Assembly: GCA_964609455.1 (NCBI GenBank)
Contig: CAZSRD010000001.1
Coordinates: 70,920-134,919, forward strand
Source of the DNA: an uncultured Methanosarcinales archaeon
GTDB lineage: Archaea > Nanobdellota > Nanobdellia > Woesearchaeales > JACPBV01
Length of the DNA: 64,000 nt
Reading direction: 5' to 3'
Of this stretch, positions 21,264-30,439 are shown one piece after another. Positions within the stretch are counted from its first letter, which is position 1. Each line of letters starts with the position of its first letter. The notes beneath the pieces were generated by a model that worked only from the letters and a program-made list of their open reading frames with translations, had not been told where the DNA came from and made no database searches. The translations under genes and the position numbers were made by a program.

Positions 21264-22804
21264 CACCCACTGCAACTTTCGTAGCTTCTTTTCCCTTTCT
21301 TTCCTGATTTGAAGTCTTTTAATGCTTTACAATAAGTTGTTCTTCCGCATGGTGTTGGATATTTGCCTGTTAAGCAAGCAAGGCATAAATCGTTCTTTGG
21401 CAAGCCTATGCTCTTTATTAAGCCAGGAATTGTTTGATAGATTAAGGAATCTGCGCCCATATCTTTTGCTATCTTTGCGCATGTTTTTTCTGATATCTTT
21501 TCCGGGTCTATTGGCCTTTCATAATGAGGCAATAATAATTCACCAATAGTGGACATATCTATTCCATAGAAACATGGCGCTTTGATTGGCGGACATGTAA
21601 CTCTAACATGAACTTCTTCTGCTCCGCCGATCTCTTTTAGGAATTTAACGATCTGCTTTGATGTTGTTCCCCTTACAATGCTGTCATCAACCAGCAAAAC
21701 TTTCTTTCCTTTTAAGATTTCTTTTATAACGGTATACTTATTTCCTACCTTGTCTTCTCTTTTGCTTCCTTCAATAAAAGTTCTTCCTACAAACCTGTTT
21801 CTAATCAATCCTTCCATTGAAGGTATTCCTAGCTCGTAAGCGTAGGCATCGCCTGCTGCTTTTGCAGTATCTGGTACAGGCACAACAATGTGGTCAGATG
21901 TCATTGTTTCTGTCTCCAGCTTTGCTAATTCCTTGCCTAGGTTTGTTCTTGTGATATAAACAGATTTTCCGTCTAAAACAGAGCTTACGTTTGCAAAGTA
22001 TACCCATTCAAACATGCAGTATGCTTTCCTTGGTGATTTTGCAAACCTTTCTATCTTTATGTTTCCGTTTTCTGATGTTATCAGCTTTCCAGGCTCTAAG
22101 GGCTTAAAATCGTGCAGGCCAATATTTGTTAAGGCATTGCTTTCAGAAGCCACAAACAGGTTTCCGCCTTTAATTGAATAGCACATTGGCCTAAATCCTA
22201 AAGGATCCCTGCAAACAGTTAAATCACCATAACCATTTATGAAAGCTATGTTATAAGCTCCATCAAAATTTTTGCTTATGGATGAGAAAATATTTTTTAA
22301 AAGCGGTTTTTTGTATCCTTTAAGGTCCCTTGCCAGGTAATGCATTATTATTTCCGTATCATTATTAAGGACGAAATGATATTCTGTTTTTTCAACCAAG
22401 GGTTTTTTTAATTTTTCAAAATTGACCAAGTTTCCATTGAAGCAGAAGCTGAACCATTTCCACATCCTTCCGTGCTTTCTTTCAAATGGCTGCGCATATG
22501 TTTTATCGTTTGCTCCGCATGTTGCATAACGAACATGACCTATGCCCTTATTGCCTGCGTATTTTCTGAATAATTCCATGCTTCTTTGTACATTGCTTGT
22601 CCTGAAAACCTCATTTACTGTCCCTATATTCCTATAAGTATTGATTAACTGCGGCCTTTCTTTATTGTAGGTTGTTATGCCGGCTGATAATTGGCCTCTG
22701 TTTTGAAGGCTAAGAAGCATCCTATAAAGATAGAACAGAGCTTTATGGTCTTTTTTAAGAGAGACTGCAGCTACGCCGCATTCGTCTTTTATTTCACCAC
22801 TCAT
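21260..22804 (-). CDS. purF: Amidophosphoribosyltransferase (glutamine PRPP amidotransferase)
   Basis: Propeptide MSGEIKDE then the Cys nucleophile (CGVAAV). NRGQLSAG, a PRTase motif, and a Cys-rich C-terminus. The track ORF's extra 34 N-terminal codons were rejected. Confidence 0.85.
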   Translation of the reverse strand: MSGEIKDECGVAAVSLKKDHKALFYLYRMLLSLQNRGQLSAGITTYNKERPQLINTYRNIGTVNEVFRTSNVQRSMELFRKYAGNKGIGHVRYATCGANDKTYAQPFERKHGRMWKWFSFCFNGNLVNFEKLKKPLVEKTEYHFVLNNDTEIIMHYLARDLKGYKKPLLKNIFSSISKNFDGAYNIAFINGYGDLTVCRDPLGFRPMCYSIKGGNLFVASESNALTNIGLHDFKPLEPGKLITSENGNIKIERFAKSPRKAYCMFEWVYFANVSSVLDGKSVYITRTNLGKELAKLETETMTSDHIVVPVPDTAKAAGDAYAYELGIPSMEGLIRNRFVGRTFIEGSKREDKVGNKYTVIKEILKGKKVLLVDDSIVRGTTSKQIVKFLKEIGGAEEVHVRVTCPPIKAPCFYGIDMSTIGELLLPHYERPIDPEKISEKTCAKIAKDMGADSLIYQTIPGLIKSIGLPKNDLCLACLTGKYPTPCGRTTYCKALKDFKSGKKGKRSYESCSGC

Positions 22805-22957
22805 ATTATATATAATTAATATGAGGTTTATAAACTTTATGATTGAGCGTAGCGAAAGCATAAAGTATTGGGACAATAGGTTTTGTTTGGGATATTTATT
22901 TTCCACTTCAATAAAACTTAAATATAAGGTATCCTAATTTCTTGTAGGGGTGATTAA

Positions 22958-24379
22958 ATGAGCGGTATTTTTGGTGTTGTGAGCAATAATAACTGTATTT
23001 CTAGCTTGTACTATGGGGTGGATTACCACAGCCATTTAGGGACTGAATACGGAGGAATCGCTTTTATTAATAAGGATGGTAAACCAGTAAGAAAAATACA
23101 TGATATTTCCAATTCTCAGTTCAAGTCAAAATTTTACGAAGGCTCTGAAGAGATTAAAACCAATCTTGGCATTGGCGTTATATCTGATAAGGACCCACAG
23201 CCATTGAGTTTTGAAAGCAAGTTCGGGCCCTTTGCATTATGCTGCGCTGGATTAATAACAAATAGAGATGAATTAGTCAAGGAGTTAATAAAAAAAGGAA
23301 TTACATTTAGTGAGATAGCGCATGGGGATATAAATGCTATTGAGGTTGTTGCAAGCCTTATAAACCAGGGAGATTCAATTATTGAGGGCATTGAAGAGAT
23401 GTATAATAAGATTAGGGGTTCAATATCTTTGCTTTTATTAACTAAAGATGGCATATATGCTGCAAGAGATAGAAACGGAGTTACTCCTTTGGTAATTGGA
23501 GAAAAGGATGGAGAAGTTGCTATTGCAAGTGAAAGCTGCAGTTTTCCAAACCTGGGGTTTAAGATTAAGAAGTTTCTTGAGCCAGGAGAGATTGTTTTTA
23601 TAAGCCAAAAAGGGATTGAAACTAAAAAAGAAGGCAATCAGGATAGCAGGATATGCGCATTCTTATGGATATATACAGGATTTCCTGCTTCAACTTATGA
23701 GGGCATAAATGTGGAGAAGGTCAGGGAAGATTGCGGCAGGTTTTTAGCAAAAAGGGATGATGTGGAGGTAGATATTATAGCTGGTGTTCCTGATTCAGGA
23801 ATAGCGCATGCTATTGGGTATGCAATGGAATCCGGCAAGCCATATAGGAGGGTATTATTGAAATATACTCCTGGCTATGGCAGAAGTTATACTCCGCCTT
23901 CACAAGAAGTCAGAGATAGGGTTGCTCTTATGAAGCTAATTGCTAATGAGGCAATAATCAAAGGCAACAGGATAATACTATGTGATGATTCTATTGTTAG
24001 AGGAACTCAATTAAAGAATTTTACAATAACTAAGCTGAAGGATGCTGGTGCTAAAGAAGTTCATGCAAGGCCTGCTTGCCCTCCTTTGATGTTTCCTTGC
24101 ATCTATAATTTATCAACAAGGAGCATTAATGAGTTAGCTGCACGCAGAGCGATTAGAGCTTTAGAAGGAAAAGATATTGAAGATGTTTCTGAGTATTTGG
24201 ATCCTAATTCTTCAAAATATAAGCAGATGATTGATTGGATTGCTAAAGATTTAGGAGTAACTACATTAAGGTATATGTTAATAGATGATATGGTTGAGGC
24301 TATTGGTCTTCCTAAAGATAAGTTATGCACGTACTGCTGGACTGGGAAAGGTGTGCAGAAGAGTTTGAGTTCTTATTAG
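22958..24379 (+). CDS. PurF-like paralog (Ntn amidotransferase fold plus type I PRTase) with Ser replacing the N-terminal Cys nucleophile
   Basis: Starts MSGIFGVV instead of MCGI(V/F)G. The R-G-Q-D-S-A-G glutaminase motif is absent. The PRTase PRPP motif (RIILCDDSIVRGTQ) is conserved. Confidence 0.6.
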   Translation: MSGIFGVVSNNNCISSLYYGVDYHSHLGTEYGGIAFINKDGKPVRKIHDISNSQFKSKFYEGSEEIKTNLGIGVISDKDPQPLSFESKFGPFALCCAGLITNRDELVKELIKKGITFSEIAHGDINAIEVVASLINQGDSIIEGIEEMYNKIRGSISLLLLTKDGIYAARDRNGVTPLVIGEKDGEVAIASESCSFPNLGFKIKKFLEPGEIVFISQKGIETKKEGNQDSRICAFLWIYTGFPASTYEGINVEKVREDCGRFLAKRDDVEVDIIAGVPDSGIAHAIGYAMESGKPYRRVLLKYTPGYGRSYTPPSQEVRDRVALMKLIANEAIIKGNRIILCDDSIVRGTQLKNFTITKLKDAGAKEVHARPACPPLMFPCIYNLSTRSINELAARRAIRALEGKDIEDVSEYLDPNSSKYKQMIDWIAKDLGVTTLRYMLIDDMVEAIGLPKDKLCTYCWTGKGVQKSLSSY

Positions 24380-24435
24380 ATTTTTGTTACTATAATATCA
24401 CAACATTTTTAAAGCAAATAGCGTTTTTCTAGGTT

Positions 24436-25929
24436 ATGAATGTAGATGGATTAACCAGAATATTAGACTCTGAACATGCTGGATTTGTTGATTTATTAGG
24501 CAAAGAAATAGAAATGGAGAAAGTTGAAAGAGTTTATCGTGCTTTAGCAACAGCTCCTGCCCCAACTGGAAATATTATGGAGCTTAGCGTTCTTTTGAAA
24601 AGATTGATGAAAGAAGAGTTCGGATGGGGAGGATATAATATAGATTATAGGGTAGACACAAACAGAAAAGGACAAGTTGGATTGGTGTTTGGAAATTTAG
24701 ATAATAATGAAACATTCATTTCTATTGTCCCCCATGGAGACCAAATAATGTTTAATGTTGATGAAAGAGGTAGGGGGTTCCCTGAAGGTGTTGAAGGTAA
24801 GGTTTCTGAAGGTTTTAGGTGTGTGCAGGTATTCCCTAGCCATAAAAACAAAATGAAAAGTGGACAGGTGTGGGAAGCTAGTTGTTATGTTTATGACCCA
24901 ACAAAATATACAGTTGATACTTGGAACCATCCTGGAATAAAGCTTTTGACTAAAGGGGTTGTAAGGTGTGTAGCAGACCCTGATGTTTCATTGCAGCCTC
25001 TTGTAGAAGGGGAATATGAAAAGTTATTGTCCTCTTTTTCTTTATATATAAAACCCGAACAGATGCCAAGCAGGGAAGATTATTTAGGATGGAGGATGTT
25101 ACAAAGAAATGTAAGGAATATGATGGGTAATTCACAACCGGCAGTAAAACAAGGAGAGGTTTCTCAATTTATTTTTGAATATCCCAAAAAGGTTGGAGAA
25201 ATTCCATACGATGCTGTTGTTATTTATGATAATGAAAGCTATTATAATTCCGGACACTGGCCAATAATTGAATCTGCATGTGCGGATGACAGAGCTGGTA
25301 TTTGCGCTGCTCTTTTTGCTTCTGACCTTTTGTTTAGGTACTATAAAAAAGGGGGAATTAACGTTGAGGTAGTGGATGGGGACGAAATAAATGTAGTCGG
25401 TCCAAAAATGCTGGTTAATCTTCATGCAGATGAAGAAGGACCATCAGATAGGGGGGTAAATTGGGATGATGGTGGAAACTTCGGAACTTTTGATGCAGTA
25501 GCAAGAAACAAGGTACCTGCATCACACGCCATAATCATTGACGGACACAAAGAAGCAGGAGATACAAGGTTAGGAAACGGAGCTTTCTTTTCTTATAATC
25601 CTGGTGGAGGATACGGAAGTAGGACTCCTCAAGGATTAAAAGCTTTCCTAAAGCTTATTTCGCAAATTGCCCATATTAAAAAGATTAGGTTTAATATGAA
25701 TCCTGAGTATGTAAGCAGATCAAGTGATGTGGATCTCAAACAGTATCAAGATATAATTAATGTAGGATTTCCAATTGATCATCCACATGAGATGCCTGAA
25801 AGTATACACTTAGATGATGTTGTAGATGTTGCTAGGGCAGTAGCGCTCATAAGTGTTGCACATGCAATAAAACCAATAAGGGAACAGTATTTATGCATGA
25901 GGCATGATCGTTATAGGTACCACCCTTAA
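24436..25929 (+). CDS. Hypothetical protein with possible M42/M20-like metallopeptidase-fold signatures
   Basis: The ordered PHGDQ ... ACADDRAGICAAL ... LHADEEG resembles the M42 His/Asp/Glu-Glu metal-ligand order. 497 aa is much longer than M42 enzymes, so the assignment is weak. Confidence 0.3.
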   Translation: MNVDGLTRILDSEHAGFVDLLGKEIEMEKVERVYRALATAPAPTGNIMELSVLLKRLMKEEFGWGGYNIDYRVDTNRKGQVGLVFGNLDNNETFISIVPHGDQIMFNVDERGRGFPEGVEGKVSEGFRCVQVFPSHKNKMKSGQVWEASCYVYDPTKYTVDTWNHPGIKLLTKGVVRCVADPDVSLQPLVEGEYEKLLSSFSLYIKPEQMPSREDYLGWRMLQRNVRNMMGNSQPAVKQGEVSQFIFEYPKKVGEIPYDAVVIYDNESYYNSGHWPIIESACADDRAGICAALFASDLLFRYYKKGGINVEVVDGDEINVVGPKMLVNLHADEEGPSDRGVNWDDGGNFGTFDAVARNKVPASHAIIIDGHKEAGDTRLGNGAFFSYNPGGGYGSRTPQGLKAFLKLISQIAHIKKIRFNMNPEYVSRSSDVDLKQYQDIINVGFPIDHPHEMPESIHLDDVVDVARAVALISVAHAIKPIREQYLCMRHDRYRYHP

Positions 25930-26891
25930 GATAAATCAGCTTTCTTGAGTTTTCTGAAAAGATTATCCACTAATCCAATACCTTTTTTTGTCTTAAGATC
26001 CAATCCTATGCTGCATTCTCTTAGGAAATGGGCTTCTGCTCTCTGAGCAATCTCTTTTGATCTTATGTAGATCCCGCCAGTTATTATATTATGCTCATCC
26101 CTTGTGTAGATGAATACATGTTGGGGATCATTATCTACGACGGGCATCATAAAATCAAAGCCAAAAGGATACTCTAAGAAATACATCTCAATCATCTTTT
26201 GTGTCTTCAATATGTTTTTCAGGTTTTTTATAGTAAGCTCTACTTCATGGATCGCTGCTTTTTTGTCTTTTAATTTATTGAATGCGTGTTTGTAAGGCAC
26301 ATAAATATTGAATTGGGTTAAATATATTATCTTAAGCTTTTTCTGGACAAAACCGCGCTCAATCAACGTATCAACATAACCCTGTCTTGAAGAAGAGTTG
26401 CTTATTATGCCTGTAAAAGAGATGTTTGCAAAAGGAGAGACGATATAGATCTTATCCGAATTCTTAAGTATCTTATTTGCCTCATTGAAGAATTCTCTTG
26501 ATGTATTAAGGTATCTGACAAGAGGTGCTTCATCCTTTTCCCCTAAGTGCTTGAATACTTGCTCTATCTTTGATGATGCTTTCTTAAATTCATCAAGATT
26601 ATTTGAAAGATTACCTTCTGTTTTCTTTAGCCTTGATTTTATTCCTTCAATATCCAATACATAGTTTGCTTTGGAGACCTTTTGGATAAGATCCTCCTGC
26701 ACCAATCTTTTGATCTGTCTAAAAAGATTTGGCTTGTTTATTGTATGCTTGAAAAGAGAATTATACCTTTCATCGATATTTGCTGCCGAAGCTTTTATCC
26801 CTTCATTGTTTAGCATATTGATTATAGTCAGTATCTGGTATTGCTGCTCAGTTATATCCAGCCATTCCTTAAGCTGCTTTAGCTCTTCCAT
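25926..26891 (-). CDS. Winged-HTH transcriptional regulator, TrmB-like (N-terminal wHTH plus a C-terminal effector-like domain)
   Basis: The N-terminal ~70 aa have the wHTH pattern (ITEQQYQILTIINMLNNEGIKASAANIDE). 321 aa. Confidence 0.35.
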   Translation of the reverse strand: MEELKQLKEWLDITEQQYQILTIINMLNNEGIKASAANIDERYNSLFKHTINKPNLFRQIKRLVQEDLIQKVSKANYVLDIEGIKSRLKKTEGNLSNNLDEFKKASSKIEQVFKHLGEKDEAPLVRYLNTSREFFNEANKILKNSDKIYIVSPFANISFTGIISNSSSRQGYVDTLIERGFVQKKLKIIYLTQFNIYVPYKHAFNKLKDKKAAIHEVELTIKNLKNILKTQKMIEMYFLEYPFGFDFMMPVVDNDPQHVFIYTRDEHNIITGGIYIRSKEIAQRAEAHFLRECSIGLDLKTKKGIGLVDNLFRKLKKADLS

Positions 26892-26992
26892 AACCTTTGC
26901 AGTTTAAATATAGTATTTATATCTTTCGATTTTTAGGTGTAAGTATATCATTACATATACACTAATATACAATATTTATTTATATACTACGG

Positions 26993-27499
26993 ATGATTTA
27001 TATAAAATATAAAACGATTCCGAGGGAAACAACTATGATGCAGAAAAAAGATTTGTTAATTTTGTCAAATTTGCGAAAAGACGCAAGAATGTCTTTAACG
27101 AATATGAGCAAAGCAACACACATACCTATATCAACTATATTTGACAGGCTGAGGATGCATGAAGTGGGTTTGATAAAGAAACATACCAGCCTTATTGATT
27201 TTGAGAAATTGGGCTTTAACACAAGGGCTAATGTATGCATTAAGGTGGATAAGAGTAAAAGAGAAGAATTGAGAGAGCATTTATCAAAGCACCAGAATGT
27301 TAATTCTGTGTTTAAGATAAACAATGGCTATGACTTTCTTGCAGAGGTTGTTTTTCACAATATAAAAGATTTAGAGGAGTTTATGGAGAACCTTGAAGAG
27401 AGGTTTAATGTAACACAGACGCAGGTTTATTATCTGATAGAAGACATTAAAAGAGAGGAGTTTATGGCTGATCCTTTGTTAATGGATTTAATTAACTGA
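26993..27499 (+). CDS. Lrp/AsnC-family transcriptional regulator
   Basis: The HTH LLILSNLRKDARMSLTNMSKATHIPISTIFDRL and a C-terminal RAM domain. The true start is likely at MMQKK. Confidence 0.7.
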   Translation: MIYIKYKTIPRETTMMQKKDLLILSNLRKDARMSLTNMSKATHIPISTIFDRLRMHEVGLIKKHTSLIDFEKLGFNTRANVCIKVDKSKREELREHLSKHQNVNSVFKINNGYDFLAEVVFHNIKDLEEFMENLEERFNVTQTQVYYLIEDIKREEFMADPLLMDLIN

Positions 27500-27576
27500 A
27501 TATCTTTCTATTATATCAGAAAACTTTCAGGTTTTCTTAGGTAAGCCATTTAAATAAAATATGTTCTAATTGATTT

Positions 27577-28014
27577 ATGCTTACAGAAAAAGAGCTGTTG
27601 ATATTGTCTCATTTGAGGGAAAACTCGAGGAAGACGATAACAGATATAGCAAAAGAAACAGGAATACCAAAATCTACGGTTTTTGATAATATAAATAAAT
27701 TAAAAACAAAAGTGATTAAAAAGAATGTTTCATTGCTTGATTTTTCAAAGGTAGGGTATGGATTAAGGGTGAACTTCGCTATAAAAGCAAAAAATAAAAA
27801 AGAAGCCAGAGAATTCCTGGCAAACCATAAAAATGTTAACTCAGTTTATAAAACAACAAACAATTTTGACTTTTATATTGAAGCTATTTTTAAGAATATG
27901 AAGGAAATGCATGATTTCAAAGACGAACTGGATAATTTAGGCATTAAAAGAAGCGAAGAGCATTTTTTGATAGATGATATCAAAAGAGAGGGATTTATGC
28001 TTAGGAAGGAATAA
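27577..28014 (+). CDS. Lrp/AsnC-family transcriptional regulator (tandem paralog)
   Basis: ELLILSHLRENSRKTITDIAKETGIPKSTVFDNINKL plus a RAM domain. 145 aa. Confidence 0.75.
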   Translation: MLTEKELLILSHLRENSRKTITDIAKETGIPKSTVFDNINKLKTKVIKKNVSLLDFSKVGYGLRVNFAIKAKNKKEAREFLANHKNVNSVYKTTNNFDFYIEAIFKNMKEMHDFKDELDNLGIKRSEEHFLIDDIKREGFMLRKE

Positions 28015-28573
28015 CTCTCTGAAGACAAAACAAAGCTAGGTTAAGTGTTTCCATATTGCTTCTTACTGATGCTTCCCTTAATTCTGAGGGAACTAAATAA
28101 TCTTCAATTGAGATATATTCAAATCCAAACCTTCTCCTATCTCCTGGCTCTGGCAGCTCTAATGCTAAGACGGGGTAAGTGCATGGCTGGCCAAAATCAA
28201 AAGTGTCTGGCGGAAAAATTCTGTCTAAGAGGTATGGGATATCCGGATTAGGCAATATTTCTGGTTTTGATATAAGATAATCCCCATGCACTTCCAAAAG
28301 TATTTTATCGTGCTGTCGGTTCAAACCGCTTGCAAAGGATATCCTATGGTTATATTCTCGCAATGGTATTTCTCCTCCATTTTCGAGAAGGGAATTCAGC
28401 GTTAAATAAGGGGGGTATTGCGCAAAAGAAACATTCTCAGGAGAGAATATTGGCTTAAAATCAACAGAAGGTTCTCCTCTTAGGAAAGAATCAATTCGCC
28501 TGCAAGCTTCATATGCATTTCTTTCGTTTGGATGAACTCCCCAGATTACGGCAATTTTCTTTGCAGATTCCAT
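28001..28573 (-). CDS. Hypothetical protein with atypical composition (GC-rich, Pro/Arg/Leu-rich). The N-terminus weakly resembles the AstE/AspA HxxE metal motif.
   Basis: IAVIWGVHPNERNA resembles the GxHGNE start of the succinylglutamate desuccinylase/aspartoacylase family. At 190 aa it is shorter than that family. Confidence 0.3.
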   Translation of the reverse strand: MESAKKIAVIWGVHPNERNAYEACRRIDSFLRGEPSVDFKPIFSPENVSFAQYPPYLTLNSLLENGGEIPLREYNHRISFASGLNRQHDKILLEVHGDYLISKPEILPNPDIPYLLDRIFPPDTFDFGQPCTYPVLALELPEPGDRRRFGFEYISIEDYLVPSELREASVRSNMETLNLALFCLQRVIPS

Positions 28574-28855
28574 TCTGGTTAATGTTAAAAACAGCTTATT
28601 AACGATAACTGAGAAAAAAACGAAGAGTTTCTGCAGGAATCAGAATAAATTTGCTTTAGCTTAAAATATCCGAATATTTTTCACTTGTTTGTTCTGAAAA
28701 ACCTATCAAAAAAGATGGTTCATTAAAAGTTTTGATAGTGTTCCTGAAAATATTTTATCTTTTCTTATTTTTCCCGGAAACTAATGGCATATTGACGAAA
28801 AAGAGGCGGAAATTGATTGCAAAGAGATATTAAAAGAGATTTCCTCTTTTAGATT

Positions 28856-30436
28856 ATGGGAATAGGATCTGCATTTATGGATTGGAAAGGCAGGTATGAA
28901 CCAGATTTGAAAGAAATGCAAAAATATCTTGGCCATATCTTTGACGCTTACAGAAAAGCAGTCCATAGGCCAAACAGAGTAAATGATGATGAATCACTAG
29001 ACTCAAGCATGGATTCATTTGAAGTGGATATTAGAAACGGGAATATAAGCGGCCTTAGCACTTTGGATCACCTCTTAGGCATACTTGCTACTGAAACAAC
29101 CCATTTTAGTGAAGAAACATATTTCGCCCATATGCTGTCCCAATCTCCAAAATTGCTGATGCTAAGCCACATGATAGGAATAATCAATAGTGGCAATCAT
29201 GTAGCAGCTGAAGTTTCAAGGCTTAGCAACAATCTTGAAAGAAGGATAGGGAGAAAGATAGATGATATGGTCGGCTACACCACCAAATCAGCTTTGTCTT
29301 TAGTGGTATCTGGAGGCACTGAGGCAAATATGATGGCGTTGCTGGTTGCAAGGAATACAGCTTACCAGGAGTTTGATCTTCGCAAGAATGGTGGCATTGG
29401 AAATGAAAAAATTAATCAAAAACCTGCTGTAATATTGCCGGCATCAGCGCATTATTCATTGGATAAATCACAAAACTTGCTAGGCCTAGGAGAAGTAAAC
29501 CAGGTTTATGTAAGGGTTAATGACAGATGCCAAATGGATCTTGATGACCTGCAAAATAAATTAATGCAGGTCTATAAAGAAAATAGAAGAATAGTGGCTG
29601 TTGTTGGCATTGCAGGAAATACAGAAACAGGAGCGATAGATGATTTAAGAGGGATAAATAGGATAGTGAGGCAATTCGAAAGAGAGACAGGAAAAAAAGT
29701 TTGGCTGCATGCTGATGCTGCCTGGGGCGGGCCATATATTTTCATGCTAGATGAATTCAAAGAAAAATTTGGTAAAGCCCTAAAATGGTATGACTCTGTT
29801 TCTATAGACCCGCATAAAAATTTTTATACACCCTATAATGCAGGAGTAATCTCTTTTAAGAACGGCATAAATGCAAGAAGGCAATTGTCTACAGATGCCA
29901 AATATCTAAAAGGCCATATAAAGCACCCAGGGGGTGTTAAATTAATAGGCTCACAATCTACAAGCGGTATTTTTTCAACTTATATGGCGTTATTTGCTTA
30001 CCCTGAAGAGTTCTATAAAGAGGTTTTTAGAACTTGCCTAGCTAGAACCAGCTACTTTGTTGAGCAACTAAAAAAAGTTAAATTGAATTCTGGCAGGATA
30101 GAGGTTGTAGTTGAAAACCCCGAGATGAACCTGGTCAATTTCAGGTATATCCCTGCTGAATTAGACAAGCCATCTTCTTCAAAAGAAAGAGCATTGCAAA
30201 AAGGAGAAAACACCCCTTATTTAAGCAGGGTGAATAGATTAAACGAAGCAATTGGATCATACATAAACAGTGAAGGGAGATATACAATTTCTGATACTTC
30301 AGGCTTAGCTAAATCTGGTCTTTATTGCCACAGGGTTGTTTTGATGAACCCTTTAACAAAAAGAGAGAATATAGACGGGTTTGTTGAAGTTTATAAAAAA
30401 GCGATTGAACATGTTATGAGCCAAAGGAGACAATAA
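28856..30436 (+). CDS. PLP-dependent amino-acid decarboxylase (group II fold)
   Basis: S-x-D-P-H-K PLP-lysine motif (SIDPHKNF). SGGTEANMMAL and LHADAAWGG are typical of group II decarboxylases. 526 aa. Confidence 0.7.
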   Translation: MGIGSAFMDWKGRYEPDLKEMQKYLGHIFDAYRKAVHRPNRVNDDESLDSSMDSFEVDIRNGNISGLSTLDHLLGILATETTHFSEETYFAHMLSQSPKLLMLSHMIGIINSGNHVAAEVSRLSNNLERRIGRKIDDMVGYTTKSALSLVVSGGTEANMMALLVARNTAYQEFDLRKNGGIGNEKINQKPAVILPASAHYSLDKSQNLLGLGEVNQVYVRVNDRCQMDLDDLQNKLMQVYKENRRIVAVVGIAGNTETGAIDDLRGINRIVRQFERETGKKVWLHADAAWGGPYIFMLDEFKEKFGKALKWYDSVSIDPHKNFYTPYNAGVISFKNGINARRQLSTDAKYLKGHIKHPGGVKLIGSQSTSGIFSTYMALFAYPEEFYKEVFRTCLARTSYFVEQLKKVKLNSGRIEVVVENPEMNLVNFRYIPAELDKPSSSKERALQKGENTPYLSRVNRLNEAIGSYINSEGRYTISDTSGLAKSGLYCHRVVLMNPLTKRENIDGFVEVYKKAIEHVMSQRRQ

Positions 30437-30439
30437 AAT

